A DNA stretch of 64,000 bases. Source: Selaginella moellendorffii (lineage: Eukaryota; Plantae; Lycopodiophyta). Location of the stretch: assembly GCF_000143415.4 (NCBI RefSeq), contig NW_003314429.1, positions 1 through 64,000 on the forward strand. Reading direction: 5' to 3'. Positions 62,935 through 64,000 of this stretch are shown here, piece after piece; position 1 is the first letter of the stretch; each line of letters begins with the position of its first letter. A model generated the notes under the pieces. The model was not told the origin of the DNA. It made no database searches and saw nothing but the letters and a program-made list of their open reading frames with translations. The translations under genes and the position numbers were made by a program.

Positions 62935-64000
62935 TTAAGCAGCAGCACCCGTGAGAACCTCAAGAGACGGTGAGCTCCCGCGGGGCTGCTTCAAAAAGGA
63001 ACTGAGCCGGTCGCCAGCGCGAGCTCCCTGGAAGAAATTCCGATGGAGCTGACAACTCCCGAGCAGGCTTCCCCACTCGATCCCAGACGGCAGGAAAGGC
63101 ATGGTGTCCGTGAGCTCCTCGGCTTCCTTGAGCCTCCCAGATCGACCCAGGATATCAACCAAGCAGCAGTAGTGCTCCTTCCGTGGCACCACGCCGTAGT
63201 CGTGCTCCATGGTTCGAAAGCAGCCCCACGCCTGCTCCGTCAAGCCACCGTGACTACATCCGACGAGCAGGCTCATGAACACGACACCGTCCGGGGTCAT
63301 TCCGAGAGCAATCATCTCCCGAAACAAGGCCTCGCACTGGTGCTTCAGGCCGAAGTGAGCGTACGAGGCAACCATGGAAGTCCAAGCAACGACGTCGTCT
63401 TGCCTCCCGGGCATGGAGTCGAAAGTGGCCTTCGCTCCATGCACACTTCCGATCTGAGTGTACGTTGCGATCATGGCAGTCCAGACGATAACATCTCCAT
63501 TGCAGATGGCGGAGAAGAACGAGCGAGCTCTCTCGAGATCGCCCGCCTGCCTGAAAGCCTCGAGCATCGACACCCACGACACGGAGCTCCACTCGGGCAT
63601 TGCGTGAAACAATCCAGCTGCGAGCTCGACGTGACCAACCTGGGCATAGGCAAGGAGCATCGCGTTCCAGGAGACGATGTCTCTCCCGGGCATCGCATCG
63701 AAGAGACACTTTGCGCCCTCGACGTCGCCATTGTCCGAGTGACCTTGCACCACCGCAGTCCACGAGACGAGATCTCTCTCGGGCATACACTCGAACAAGC
63801 CTCGACACTTTTCCATACGCCCCGCTTGGGCATATGCTGTTAGCATGCACGTCCACGACGGGACGTTCCATGCGGGCATGGACTTAAACACCGAGTTTGC
63901 CACTTCCAATTGCCCGGACTCGGCGAAAGCTTGCAACATTGTGTTCCAGGACACGAGGTTTCGCTCGGGCATTGCGTCGAAGATCCGCTTGGCATCGTCC
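62935..64000 (-). CDS. PLS-class PPR protein, 5' part beyond window
   Basis: MPERxxVSW repeats; LLVGCSHGG; LVDILGRSGRL. Confidence 0.93.
   Translation of the reverse strand, partial: DDAKRIFDAMPERNLVSWNTMLQAFAESGQLEVANSVFKSMPAWNVPSWTCMLTAYAQAGRMEKCRGLFECMPERDLVSWTAVVQGHSDNGDVEGAKCLFDAMPGRDIVSWNAMLLAYAQVGHVELAAGLFHAMPEWSSVSWVSMLEAFRQAGDLERARSFFSAICNGDVIVWTAMIATYTQIGSVHGAKATFDSMPGRQDDVVAWTSMVASYAHFGLKHQCEALFREMIALGMTPDGVVFMSLLVGCSHGGLTEQAWGCFRTMEHDYGVVPRKEHYCCLVDILGRSGRLKEAEELTDTMPFLPSGIEWGSLLGSCQLHRNFFQGARAGDRLSSFLKQPRGSSPSLEVLTGAAA

Noticed and set aside
35246-64000. Many long antisense or alternate-frame ORFs over the PPR, LecRK, SDE3 and PRAF genes
   Set aside because: Shadow ORFs caused by high GC3; no recognisable motifs.

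Overview
Eukaryotic nuclear DNA from a very compact land-plant genome. Short (about 50-80 nt) introns, intergenic gaps of tens of bases and many intronless PLS-class PPR genes fit a lycophyte such as Selaginella; this is an inference. Bases ~1-19100 are an AT-rich transposon tract. It holds a decayed minus-strand Helitron whose RepHel is broken by a stop, frameshifts and a 288-bp MITE. The Helitron region also contains an apparently intact, divergent SKIP16-like F-box gene, a B3-like ORF, a small Cys-rich ORF and triplicated phototropin exons, and is followed by degenerate LTR/other TE remnants. Bases ~19200-64000 are gene-dense: an RPL10 pseudogene, a TMEM185/RING E3 ligase, pseudouridine kinase, an At5g10320-like gene with terpene-synthase-like acidic motifs, a core-only plastid PDH-E2 paralog lacking the catalytic His, a CYP71-clan P450, four PLS-E PPRs, plastid RPL3, TFIIA-L, a TPR protein, a type II peroxiredoxin, an L-type LecRK, an Ole e 1/PDF1-like gene, two tandem SDE3/MOV10 helicases and a PRAF/RLD gene. 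At least three local duplications have dead copies shredded by many micro-deletions, micro-inversions and fold-back palindromes. Gene identities rest on remembered family motifs, not database searches.
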